DNA from: Octopus vulgaris
Taxonomy: Eukaryota
Assembly: GCA_951406725.2 (NCBI GenBank)
Contig: OX597826.1
Span: 53,940,001-54,004,000, forward strand
Direction of reading: 5' to 3'
DNA length: 64,000 bases
Part shown: in pieces, positions 26,466 to 38,760 of the stretch
Numbering within the stretch: the stretch's first letter is position 1
Layout: the number at the start of each line of letters is the position of its first letter
Made by a program: the position numbers and the translations under genes
Notes under the pieces: model-generated
The model's input: only the letters and a program-made list of their open reading frames with translations
The model's database searches: none
Told to the model about the DNA's origin: nothing

Positions 26466-26762
26466 CTGAATATAAAATAGAAACTTGCTTTTTAGTAAGA
26501 CGAGAGAAGCTAAAATTATGACAAAAAAAAATATTCACCAGAATTTTATTATTTTCTTTTTGTTATTTTTGCATGGATTAATCACAAGGTGAGTGTGTTT
26601 GTATTCACAGTAAAGAAGTAGATTTATTTGACTGGTTTGAGCTAAGATATTTTTGTAATGTGACAGGTCTTGCCTATAGGTGGACAGGCTGGTAAACAAA
26701 AAAAATCTTAATTATAGTACATGCTTTTCCGACTAAGGGAAAAATTAAATAAAAACCGGTAT

Positions 26763-27180
26763 AGGTGCAGGTGTGGCTGTGTGATAAGAAATTTGCTTCC
26801 CAGCCTCATGGTCCTGGGTTCAGTCCTAATGCATAGCACCTTAGGTGAGTGTTTTCTACTATAGCCTTGTGTGCCAACCAAAGCCTTGTGAATGAATTTG
26901 GCAGATGGAAACTGAAAGAAGACCATCATGTGTGTGTATGTGTGTGTGTGTGTGTAGGTATGTATGTCTTTGATGTTTGTTCCTTACCACTGCTTCACAA
27001 ACAGTGTAGATGTATTTATGTTCCCACAACTTAGTGATTTAACAAAAAATGAGAACAATAAAATAAGTCCCAAGCTTTAAAAAGATAAGACCTGGGATCA
27101 ATTTGTTCAACTAAAATTATTTTCAAGGCAGTGCTCCAGCATGGCTGCAGGCTAATGACTGAAAGAAGTAAAAAATAAAA
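26763..27180 (+). mobile_element. SINE family A
   Basis: Head, internal TG repeat, tail. Confidence 0.85.
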
Positions 27181-27260
27181 TACCAAAAATTTAAGAACTA
27201 CAAGTAAAAGATGTTATCAACTTAACATATAAAAAACATACAAAGGATAGGTTAATGTTA

Positions 27261-27955
27261 ACAGGCATGGCTGTGTGGTAAGTAGCTTGCTTCCCAACCA
27301 CATGGTTCTGGGTTCAGTCCCACTGTGTGGCACCTTGGGCAAGTGTTTTCTACTATAGCCTCAGACCAACCAAAGCCTTGTGAGTGGATTTGGAAGATAG
27401 AAGCTGAAAGAAGCCCTCTGTATATACAATAATCTCTCGACTATTGTGGGTGTTATGTTCCCAAACCCCCATAATAGGTGAAAATCTGCGAAGTATAAAC
27501 AGTACTGTAGGTTATATTTTTTTATTATTATTATCATAATTTGTATATATTTATTTTATTATAAATGCAAAACAGCACCACAGAAGAATCAATGCCAGCT
27601 TAAATAATAAACCGCGATAGGTGAACCATGATATGGCGAGGGAATACTGCATATATATATATATATATGTGCTTGTGTGCATGTGTGTGTGTGTGTGTGC
27701 ATGTGTGTGTGCTTGCATGTGTGTGTGCATGTATGTGTGTGTGTGCATGTGTGTGTATGAGTGTGTGTGTGTATGTATGTGTCTCTCTCTCTTTGTGTCT
27801 GTGTTTGTTTCTCCATCACTACTTGACAACTGGTTTTGGTGTGTTTACATTGCCCGTAACTTAGCAGTTCAGCAAAAGAGACCAATAGAATAAGTGCCAG
27901 GCTTAAAATTATATTTGAAAAAATATGAAGCAAGTTCCGAGGTCGGTTCGTTCAA
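27261..27955 (+). mobile_element. SINE family A interrupted by a MITE
   Basis: 5' half 27261-27426; 3' half resumes at ~27650. Confidence 0.85.
27427..27649. mobile_element. Tc1/mariner (Tigger/pogo-like) MITE
   Basis: Decayed TIRs caataatctctcgactat / atatggcgagggaatactg; inserted in a TA run. Confidence 0.7.
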
Positions 27956-28007
27956 ATTAATAATTTATACTGGCTAACAATGGCAGTAGACAGGGAACAC
28001 ATGCTAT

Positions 28008-28368
28008 AACAATAACTCTGAGCACCTCTTCAAACTCCACCCATCTAACACCCGTGGACATATTTACAAAGTAAGAAAACAGCACAGCTCCCATGACTTC
28101 AGGAAACATTTTTTCATGCTGAGAGTTGCTGAAGCGTGGAACAAACTGCCGGCATCGGTTGTTAGTTGTCGGAGCACTGCATCCTTCAAGACTTCCATGC
28201 TTCCTGAGATTCGCCAACACTACACTTGATCTTCTCCCCTCCATACACACACAAGCATGTTCACTTTCCGGACATTTCTACATTACTGCATGTACTTTAT
28301 ATGCACTTTCTGACAAGTTGTGGTGCACCTGAGCACTGTATACAATAATTTCATTATTATTATTATTA
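28008..28368 (+). mobile_element. CR1-clade LINE 3' end
   Basis: Frame from 28008 reads NNNSEHLFKLHPSNTRGHIYKVRKQHSSHDFRKHFFMLRVAEAWNKLPASVVSCRSTASFKTSMLPEIRQHYT* (stop 28227-28229), the CR1 signature TRGH..K...FF..RV...WN.LP..VV....SFK; then 3'UTR and (ATT)n tail. Confidence 0.9.
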
Positions 28369-29170
28369 TAAACAGCAAACAACATATTGTTTTGTAATAA
28401 GGCATTCCTTAAATTAAAATACTTAAGTTTAGAGTTCTCTTGAAATTTTACTTCAAGTAATTAACAGTAGGTAGGACAAATCTTCTCAGTGAAAACAACT
28501 GATGTTACAATATATGAAAGATTAAATATATATATATATAATGTAAGAATGAATAAATTATTTTTTTTTTAAATGAGATGCTGTAACTAATGTCTTTGAC
28601 AATAAACCACCAGAGATAGATTCCAAGTAAAGAGAGAAATTGTACTCAGTATTAAACTAGCTGAAAACTGAAAAATACTCTTCAATTTAATGATAACATT
28701 TTCCCATGACTGCCGTGGTTTAAGTTGTAAAAGCATCAAAGACATTCTGGGAGGAATTTATGGATGATATAGTTAATGTTTATATTAAAGATGAAACTTT
28801 ATAGTTTTAACTATCAAATACTGCTTCCTCTTCTAATAATTAAATCAATAATTTGTATGAAATATCTCATCATTAATATCAATTCTATCATTTCTTTTAA
28901 TCTGTTTTAGCGATTAGTAAAACAACGGTGAAGTGGGTGTGTGGGAATAACATAGCTAGACATCTTTTATCTTCCTTCTAATAAAACCAAATACATCTAA
29001 ATTGCTTTGCTTCAGTGTATCACCTTATGTATAAACTATGATGAATAAGAAAAGAAAAGTTCAGTGTTTAGTGAATCAAACTTTAGACCTGTGAACAGAG
29101 AGAGAACAATGTAGTCACAAATATTCTCATTCAACATAAACATAAAAAGTAGGAATAAAACTATATTTAC

Positions 29171-29244
29171 CTAACTAAGTTTTCTTTCAATATATCAGAT
29201 TTTTCCTCGGTTAAACTGTCTTCAAAATATATACATATTTTACT
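29171..29244 (-). other. candidate 74-nt exon (one open frame, SKICIYFEDSLTEEKSDILKENLV)
   Basis: Minus strand ttttctttatgtattgcAG acceptor and TAG|GTAAAT donor. Confidence 0.35.
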
Positions 29245-29471
29245 CTGCAATACATAAAGAAAATATAATGTAAATATATTATGTTGGAGGATAAATGAAA
29301 AGATATGGATTTAAGTTGTCACACTTCTGTTCATTGAAAGAGACAGTTGGTGTTTATGTGTCTGGGTGGGGTATGTGAAAGTTATATAGAAATAATCAAT
29401 AAATGAGAGAATGTCTATATAATACATATATACAAATAAATATTCAAAGAGGGAAATATATGTTTATATAT

Positions 29472-29685
29472 TCTTTTCTGCTCTATGCACAAGGCCCGAA
29501 ATTTTAGGAGAGGGCGGGGCAGTCAATTTTGACTCTAGTACACAACTGGCACTTAATTCATCAACCCCAAAAGAATGAAAGGCAAAGTTGACCTCAGGGG
29601 AATTTGAACTCAGAACACAAAGACAGATGAAATACCGCTAAGTATTTCGCCTGGCATGCTAACATTTCTGCCAGTTAACCGCCTT
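29472..29685 (-). mobile_element. SINE family B
   Basis: Family B head and body. Confidence 0.85.
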
Positions 29686-29856
29686 ATATATATTTATATA
29701 TATTGAAACATGAATGTGTGAATAAAGCCATAAAGAAACGAAAAAATCTATAATAATGAATGGCCAAGAAGAAAAGGCATCGATAATTATAAGGTGTGGC
29801 ATGAGACTGCACACCCTATGATTAGTAATGGACTGCAGGCAAATTTCCTTTGATCA

Positions 29857-29890
29857 ACTTACCTGATAGGAGAGAAATAAATACTCAGTC
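29857..29890 (-). promoter_or_regulatory. juxtaposed 3'/5' splice motif (recursive-splice-like AG|GTAAGT)
   Basis: Minus strand ttgactgagtatttatttctctcctatCAG|GTAAGT, junction at 29863/29862. Confidence 0.45.
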
Positions 29891-29992
29891 AAGAGTTGAT
29901 TTAATTGGATGTTCATGTATAGAGTGATGGTGCTCAAAATGTACGGATCAAAACCTTAATACACAAACAAACATGCACAAACATGCACATAC

Positions 29993-30214
29993 ATGAGTGG
30001 GTGCTGAAAAGTTACTGGCTTTAAGGGTATCATGAAAGGCCTAGTTGGAGGCAGAACCTTCCTAGTTCCTTTTTACAGGGCTTAGAAAAACTAAAGGACT
30101 ACTGCAATAAGTGTGTGAATCAGAGAGAGGAATATGTTGAATGAAAGCATAATTAACTGATCCTTCTGTATTTTCTTTTACCCAAAACCAGGAACCTTTC
30201 AGGACCCCCTTATA
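29993..30214. mobile_element. mariner-type MITE
   Basis: TIRs gagtgggtgctgaaaagttactgg / ccaggaacctttcaggaccccctt; inverted homolog at 35761-35979. Confidence 0.8.
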
Positions 30215-33164
30215 TGTACTCTCTCTCTCACACACACATGTACATTCTTAAAGTTTTTAATTTGCAAACATATATATTTCTGGAGGAGTTTCTTACCAAA
30301 CTTTCTCAGAAAATACTTCAGTTCCAAACAGTTGTTAACTATCTAAAAAGCAAAAGTGAGACCCCTACTAGAATACTGTTCCCACATTTGGGACAGTGTT
30401 GCTAATCACATACAAACATGATACACACACACACATGCAAATCATACATCCAAAACAGCCATCCCTCACTGACTTGTATGGAGTAGCTCATCAACGTTCT
30501 AGTCACAGGCATTCTCTGTCGCTCTCTACTATTTCTCATCTACTGCTATTAATAGTGACCTCTGCTCTTCAAACTGGCAAGTTTCATTCCATTTCTACAG
30601 AGACCCACCAGTCTCACTCATCTCTCCTCCTCACATCACCCATATTATTTTTGCCCCACCCCTCCTCCAGGCCACTCACTAACCATTATGTCTAATCCTT
30701 CCTTCTTTTCTTCCTAAATAGTCTTTCTAAAGTTAACATATTGTCATCATCATCATCAACATTTTTCATGTTGGCATGGCTTGGACAGTTTAACAGGAGC
30801 TGGCCAGCCAGAGAGCTGTACCAGGCTCCAATGGCCTGTTCTAACCTGGTTTCTACCGCCGGGTGCTCTTCCTAATGCCAATTTACAGAGTGTGCTGGGT
30901 GTATTTTACATGGTACTAGCATACTGCTCATTATTTCCTGCAATTGTCAACTCGTAGTATTTCAAGAGGAACATCAACTGACTCACTCTTATGGTCTCAG
31001 AGAACCTGTAAAAATCCAGCTGTAGAAACACTGCCAGATCAGGTCTGGGAAGCCAGGAGGCTGCACCAGACTCCAGTCAAACCGTCCAACCCATGCTAGC
31101 ATGGAAAATGGACGTTAAACGACGATGATGATGATGACAGCTCTTTCCTCCACATGAAACCATCAATGCCATGTAAACAGATGAATTTAATTTCAGTATC
31201 ACACATTCATTTTCTCTTTCACTTGCCTTTTTTAATACCTTTTGTTCTCTTTGATAAAGGGTACCATCTAAAAAGTCAGACACTCTTCTGTTTCTGCCTT
31301 TGGTGTATTTATCTTCATTTTACACTCTTTTGATTGTTTTCTTGCTTTATGTTTCTATGCTTTCTCAGGTTCATGCTTGCACCAGTCTGACTCAATGTAT
31401 TAATTGCTTGGATGTCTCTACTTATCTCATAAGCATATTCATGCTGGATAATTTTCATCGCTTTCTTTCTTTTTTCCTTCTGCCTTTCTTTCTTCCCCCC
31501 ACCTCTCCCTTCATATATAATACTACAATAGATGAATGATAGTGTTCATTTGTTAAACTTACTGACTGGCTAATCAATTGTACACAGCAGGTCTGACAGC
31601 ACAGAGTAATGAGAGATTGTCTCTCCAGACAGAACAAATATCACACAATATTTCTATTGAGAAGTACTAGATAACAGATGTCTCTGTGTCTTTTGGAATT
31701 TAGGAGTTATCTCCTTTATCATTCTTGACCAGAATTAGTCAAGCTAATGATTGTTCTTTTCATTACACCTCTTTATTTTAATCAAACAATTTGTTAAGGT
31801 TTCACTACAGTAAGTATGTTAGCCCTACTTAACAATGGCATTTAAATATTTGCCTTATTTCATCACAGAAATAAATCTGTAGTAGTTTTATGTTTTATCT
31901 TGGAGTGTAACAGGTCTTGTAAGAAATTAGTTATAAGAACTGACTTAATTAATCATTCAGGTTCTTAAAAAGAAAAAAAAAATTCACTTATTCACTTTAA
32001 GCTAATTAACTCCAATTATAGTCAAGTCGTCTTTTTTTCTTTTCTTTTTTGAAATCAGACAATGGTGACTATACAGATGTCTTAGACATTAAACAAACTC
32101 CATTCTAGTTAATAATCTTTACATTTGTCTGAGCTTTTCTGTGAAAATTCATGTTTTCCAAAACAATACAGTTAAATAAAATAACATTTTAAACACCTAG
32201 CATATTTTAGCCAACATCTTTTTTTGATATTTATGCTAAATGGTTCACTTGATTCTAAAACATTCTTAAGAGTCTAGTTGCATTCAAATTTGGCCATTTT
32301 CTATTCTAAGGTAAAAATGGTCATTATTGCTGCATTTAGTTATTTATTTTTCTATCATTTCTAACTCCATTAATAATTTACATTCTTCATCCCAGCAGTC
32401 TATAACATTATTTACTTTAGATGTTAGTCTCTCAATTTAAAAATAATTGCTTTTTACTTAATTATTTTTTCCATTATTTGTTTATTCATCTTTATATTTC
32501 TTTTCTTTCATTATTATTACACTACTACAATGCAGTAATATATTCAAGAACACAGATTTCTCAAAAGCCATCTTGGAACTATCTTTGAAGAACAACAATA
32601 GCAAAAACATCTCATCTCTTTCTCAATTAGCATCATGCTACCAGCGATTAAATGTAAATATTTCTTTCTCCTTCAGTTTCATTCAATAACTTGATCCACT
32701 TGTAAACCTTTTAGACATTTGGAATCATCCAAGAATGGAATCAATAAATTCTACAACTTCTACCGTGTTATGTTATTTATATTCCTTAATGTATTCATGG
32801 ATACTAGAGACTAAAAATACAAAAAAAACAAAAAAAATGTTTTCAGATTGAGTGAGATTTACTCTAATGTCCTCCAAGGTTCTTTAAGATCTGCTCCTAC
32901 TCTAAAACTTCCCATTAACTTACAAATCTTTTTCAATCTCATTTCAAATCCCTTTCTGCATTTGTATTTCAGAAAACAATTTGCAAGTAATATTCATGAA
33001 CATTTTTTCAGTTAATTTCCATTTAGAATTCTTAGATTTAATTGAGAAATTTGATACAATAGATTTATTGGAGAAATATAACCAAGAAAGAACTGTGCAC
33101 AGTTTAATGGAAAAAGTAGGTGTGTCTCCTTCATGTTATTCACTTAAGGGTTTTTTTTCTTTTT

Positions 33165-34300
33165 TAACTTGCAGAGTCTGGAGGAAGGGGTAAGCAGTGC
33201 CCATAGCCTTCACAGCCCCTCCTAGATCAGTGAGGTGAATATTATTAATATTCCACTCGAACTATTGCAAATCAACAACTGCAGTAAAGACTTGAGCAGA
33301 GCTGAAATTCCAGAAGGCTAATGTCCTGAGGAGGAAGAACTAAGTGTTGTGGATAATGTGAGGTCTGGGAGATTGGACACAACAGGGGTGGTGAAAGGGC
33401 AAGAGATGAGTGGGTTAGGAATGCCTGAGTAGAGGTGGCACAAATCTCATCAGCTCCTAAAATCAGAGGCCATTATAGTTGTGGTAGAAAAAGCAGGAAG
33501 AGGAAACCACCAAAGAGGCTGGAGTATGTCTGTGAGTGACTTCATGTCAACCAGTCAGAGGTTCTTTTCTGGAAGTATTTAGGATGCCTGAATGTATAGA
33601 TGAAGCACTGGTCCAGAGGTAGGAGCAATACTTCATTGTGAGCCACATCCAAGTGTTGTAGAATATCAATAATTGTTGGGACTTGGAGTTCCTTCTTGTC
33701 TTGGAAAGAAGAACTGGTCATTGGGATGTGGTCCCAGGTATGACCAATATTTGAAGTAATTGTGCACTCTTCATAATCAAGGGTTAAATGGTGCAGTGAT
33801 ATTTATCTTATAGAATCAGTGTTTGTGTTTTCTTGTTGAAAGAGACAAAACCGACATAAACCCATTGGGGGATGCTTTTCAGGTTTTTAATCAAGGAGTC
33901 AGTGTATGTTTGACATGTGAAATAAAGGCTGCATGTGGACATGCATGGTTAGGGAAGCTTAGGGAAGAATGAAGGGTAGTACCATCATTATAAGAGTCAG
34001 CATTGTTAGTCATGGTCATAAGTAAGTCATTGATGTATAAAAAGAAGGGAGTAAGGATAGAACTGACTCTGTGGCATACAAGAATCACTAGAATGAGACA
34101 TAGAAAGAGCTCCTTCAATAAACACCACAATAGTGTAATCTAATAGGAAGTTCCTAAGAAGATTAGAAATAGATGAAGCTTATAGGCAAGCTACTTTGAT
34201 TTCAGACATAGTCAAAACTTGTTGAGAGCAACAACAACGCTTCACTGAATTCCTCTAAGACAAGAGCACATTAGCAGGTGAGATAGGAGGGTGGGTCATA
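33165..34300 (-). pseudogene. heavily decayed CR1/L2-group LINE reverse transcriptase fragment
   Basis: Ordered minus-strand peptides SSILTPFFLYINDL...SYNDGTTLH (cf. QGSxLxP..LYINDL..YADD), QLLIFYNTWMWLTMKYCSYLW (cf. LYKxxIRPxMEYCSxxW), LTDILQPL..CFFYHNYNG and ELMRFVPPLL; frameshifted. Confidence 0.8.
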
Positions 34301-34555
34301 AATGGATCTGGTATTTTTGCAGACAGTATTGATGGAAATTAAAAGGAAGGAGAATATGTTACCAGTGGATTTGACCCTACAGAACTTGTACTGGTGGTCA
34401 TTAAGAAAAGAAGAACAGGTCACCAAAAGATCTGGTTTTAAAGAACCCATAACAGTGTTTATTAAGGAAAGGAGAGAAGGTCACCAATGGATCTGGCTTT
34501 ATGGAAACCATACCGGTGGTCATTAAGAAAGAGAGTAGGTTACCAATGTGTCTTG
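34290..34555. repeat. ~61-bp degenerate tandem repeat, about 4.5 copies
   Basis: ggtcaccaatggatctgg...ggtcattaagaaa recurs at ~34293, 34358, 34417, 34479 and 34538. Confidence 0.75.
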
Positions 34556-34775
34556 TAAGATATTTTACAAATACCTTATAACTTTACTTCTTGAAACAAT
34601 TTACGATCATAGTTTCTTTAAATATCAAAGAAGCATTAATTTTGTTTGGCCATTTTATTGGTGATTTTTTTTTTACATTCCTTTCTCCATGTTACTTTGG
34701 TTTCGAAGATTCCAAGAATCTGAATGTTTATACATAAAATATTGAAGCCAATGACTTTACAGGTAACTGCATCAT

Positions 34776-34812
<37 letters not shown>

Positions 34813-35261
34813 ATGCAGCTACCTGTAAAATCATTGGCTTCCAACATTTTATATATATTTTGCCATCAATCAACTCAACTGTGATATGGTTTCAATATTT
34901 TAGCTAGACTGCCCAAGGATATAACATGTTATTTGCCTCAAAGCACAATTCAATCAGAAAAGCATACACCATGCTAGTTATGTGCGTATGTTTATATTAT
35001 GTTGAGGTGGGGAATGGAAAAATGTAGAAAGACATCAAAATCATGGCAGAGTTACGTGTAGGTCTTCTTTGCTTGTCTTCTATAAAAGTCATGAATCTAT
35101 TCCGTCACTATGCAGTATTACTAACAACTGAGTAATGTTAACAGTTACTAACCAAAACATTATTTTTTATCTTTTAACTTTAACTTGTTTCACATATTGG
35201 ACTGTGGCCATGCTGGCGCACCACCTTGAAGGATATTAGCTAAACAAATCACCTCCAATGC

Positions 35262-35630
35262 TTATTACCTCCACCTTAGCAAAGGCAGAGGTATTGTTTT
35301 CATTTGTGTTTGTTTGTTTGTTTGTCTGTGGACAAGATATCTTAAGAACCACTGGATAGATTTGGATGAAACTTTCAGGAATGTTTGGCCTCATGAATGG
35401 CACAAACTGATTAGATTTTGGGATCGATCCAGTACTTGACAAGGATTCTGGATTATTTTTCCTGTTTTTTTGCTTAATTTTTGAGAGTGGTCGGGTTCAT
35501 TTTTATTATTCTCGTTTGTGAGAGCAGTCAAGTTTATTTCAGATATTCTCATTTTAAAAATCATCTCTAGCTAATCGTTGAGAGGTTTTCCCTTGGTAGA
35601 AGTTTGTGCTCTCTGTGTGTGGCTCTTGTT
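35262..35630 (+). mobile_element. Helentron/DINE-1-like non-autonomous element
   Basis: 5' ttattacctcc with local inverted repeat acctccacct/aggcagaggt, (GTTT)n tract, 3' subterminal ggtagaagtttgtgctctc and T-rich ends; architecture typical of HINE/DINE elements. Confidence 0.65.
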
Positions 35631-35760
35631 ATTTTTAAGTTAGGTTCTTATTCTATTGGTGTCTTTTGCTGAACTGCTAATTTACAGGAACATAATCAAA
35701 CCAACACTAGTTGTCAAGTACTTGTAGGGGACAAACACAAATACACACACACACACACAT

Positions 35761-35979
35761 ATGAACGGGTGCTGAAAAGTTCCTGGTTTTGGGTAAAAGA
35801 AAATACAGAAGGATAAGTTAATTATGATTTTATTCAACATATTCCCCTCTCAGATTCACACACTTATCACAGTGGTCCTTCAGTTTTTCTAAATCCTGTA
35901 AAAGAACTCAGAAGTTTGGGCCTCCAACTAGGCCTTTCATGGTACCCTTAAAGCCAGGAACTTTTCAGCACACCCTCAT
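35761..35979. mobile_element. mariner-type MITE nested in SINE microsatellite
   Basis: TIRs gggtgctgaaaagttcctgg / ccaggaacttttcagcacaccc. Confidence 0.85.
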
Positions 35980-36957
35980 GAGCTACTTACAGTTTCTGCT
36001 CATTGAATCCACTCACAAGGCTTTGGTTAGCCCAAGGCTGTAGTAAAAGACACTTGCCTAAGGTGTCACACATCATACATTGGGACTGAACCTAAAACCA
36101 TGCGGTTGAGAACCAAACATTTTACCACACAGCCACACCTGTTTACCTATGAACAGCCATGCCTGCTCCCGTAAATGGCTAAGATTGTTAATTTTTTTTT
36201 TCCTTAAATAAGTTAGAGAAAAGAGTATGACCCACTGACTTTGAGGCTCTTCACCAATTCAACTAGGAAAGGTCAATGCAGTTGATATAATCTAAAATTT
36301 ATGTAACAAATCATAATGAACAATGGCAAACACAAAGCAGTGTGCTTAGCATCATCACTGGACACACACTAAAGTGACAAAAGAACTTTATGTGGTTGCC
36401 AGACTTCTAGGAAACAGCAGCCAAATCTACCTCAAATCATAGCCTACAATCTTGAAAATAAGACCCATTGAAGATAATGTAATCTGAGGTAAAAAAAAAA
36501 TACTTGAAAGAAGAAGGGACAGTCATGGCTGGAATGCATCTGACCATAGGTCTACGCAATCAGAATCAACTTGGAACAGAACAAAATCAACAGCAGGTTT
36601 TACAAGACAAAAGCCTTGTACAACAAAACAAAAATATAAAACTGAATGACCAGGCACAGTTTGTTTCAACCCTTGCAATTTATATACATAATCACCTTTA
36701 ATCCCTTAGCATTTGAACTGGCCATATCCAACCAAAACGTTCTACCTGTTTTATGATCAAACTGGCCAGATTTGGCCTTTCACACTAACCCAAAAATATC
36801 ATTCTGAAAATTAACACTTATCTCTGCAAAATCTCAAAGCTACAAAATGATTTATGATTGATACAAAATAATGAGAATAAATAATCATTACTCCTGAGAG
36901 AATGTGAATGCTAAAGGGCAAAACAAATAGGTATGTCTGCAACACTCCAAGAACACT

Positions 36958-37280
36958 GGTACTCCATTGGCTACAATGACGAGGGTTCCATTTGATCCAA
37001 TCAACGAAACAGCCTGCTCCTGAAATTAACATGCAAGTGGCTGAGCATTCCACAGACATGTGTACCCTTAACATAGTTCTCAGGGAGATTCAGCGTGACA
37101 CAGGGCGTGACAAGTCTAGTCCTTTGCAATACGGGTTCTATTCATTTTTGCCAGTTGAGAGAACTGGAGCAACATGAAATAAAGTGTCTTGCTCAAGGAT
37201 ACAATGTACCACCGGGAATTGAACTCACAACCTCACAATCATGACTTGAATACCCTAACCACTAAGTCACATGCCTTCAT
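36958..37280 (-). mobile_element. SINE family C2 with TSD
   Basis: 10-bp TSD caagaacact at 36948-36957 and 37281-37290. Confidence 0.85.
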
Positions 37281-38760
37281 CAAGAACACTACAACAACAG
37301 CATCCTAAGAACACTGTTTCTTCAGTTCGATAAAGGAAAATATCAAAACAACACATACACACAAAAATAGCAGCAACATCCATAGTGTTATTAGCCCTAA
37401 ATATGTATAAGGATGCTCCCCTCCTATAAAAAGTGCAGAAAAGCAACAGCTGTTATATTCAGACTGAGCTCACTTTGCCTGTATTCATTATCATCACAAT
37501 AATAATAATAATCTACAGACAAACACAAATAAACTGGACAATGAGGATAGTACAGCTCTCAGGCTGTTTACACTGCACAATATACAACCATCTACAGCAC
37601 ATCAGAGTGTGCAGTATTGTCTTTGACTAGACCTCCATATACACAACCTGAAGCTGTGCAGCTGTGGATGGGTTGCACTTAATCATTCTACTTAGAATCT
37701 ATAGATCAGCTTGATCAGAGATAGCTTCGAACTACAGATCAACAACAATCAATAAAAACAGCATTAAGAATAGTCAACAAAGCTTTGTATAATTTCTCTA
37801 GTAATCCTATGACCAGTTCTTCAGCATGTTCTTCTACAGAAAGAAGCTCTTACATTGAGAAAGACTATCTATTGATTGGTTATATGTAAACGCAATTTGT
37901 TTATATGAAAACAGGTTGTTTTCCTTTATATTTAATTCAGGCTCCAAATATTGAATTAATATATATATATATATGTGTGTATATATGTATACTACAGCCT
38001 GACGTCTCTATTAGATCAACACACTTTCCACTGTCTATATGTCTTGTATTTGTACTGAGATGCTACTGAACCATGTTTGTATGGCTGTGTATGTATTGAT
38101 ACTTGTCAGTGTATGTATCTGTTAGTATACAAATGTTTTTTCCTCTAAGTACATGAGAGTAATTATGTGTAAATAGAGTGTGTATAAATAGCAATCTATC
38201 TACGAGTGTATAGACATGTATCTATGTGACTATACGTATCAGTGTGTTAATGACTGTTTATTTTCTCAGCATCAGTTTGGACAGCTTTAATGAAGAGATT
38301 AAATATTTGCAGGTTGTCTGTCTTTTAAGACATTACAGCTGCTACATTTTACATATAGCTTACACTATGGGACATTCCCTCCACCCCCATCAACTGTCGA
38401 TTTAAGATCACAACAATTTTAGCACCTTCAACAATATTGATCACTCCAGCAATGCCAAACAGCACTGAGTCTACCAAGAAATGCCTGGATTGTTTTGGTC
38501 TACACTTTTAGATTTTGTTCCGTTTTCTTTTTTTTTGTTTACTCTGTTATTCATGAAGCCACCATGCAACACAGTTGGATACATACTACAACACTCTCAA
38601 AATATAGAAAGTAGCTGTCACTTTCCACAAAGCAATGAGGGAGTTAAAATAACAATACAGAATTACCCCACCCATTATTTTAGTAATTATCGTTTTTAAA
38701 CACTGTTTCAAATAACTTATCTTATATTCTTATGCCCCCCCCACACACACACACACACAC

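Larger units (their letters stand above)
35165..36146 (-). mobile_element. SINE family A carrying two nested insertions
   Basis: Family A segments 35165-35261, 35631-35760 and 35980-36146 are colinear. Confidence 0.8.

Noticed and set aside
33026-33115. Possible plus-strand exon FLDLIEKFDTIDLLEKYNQERTVHSLMEK
   Set aside because: The protein-like look comes partly from an internal 18-bp duplication; modest donor; no homology recognised.
38269-38312. Possible exon ISLDSFNEEIKYLQ (intermediate-filament-like)
   Set aside because: Weak donor (GTTGTC), very short, and no neighbouring exons of such a gene.
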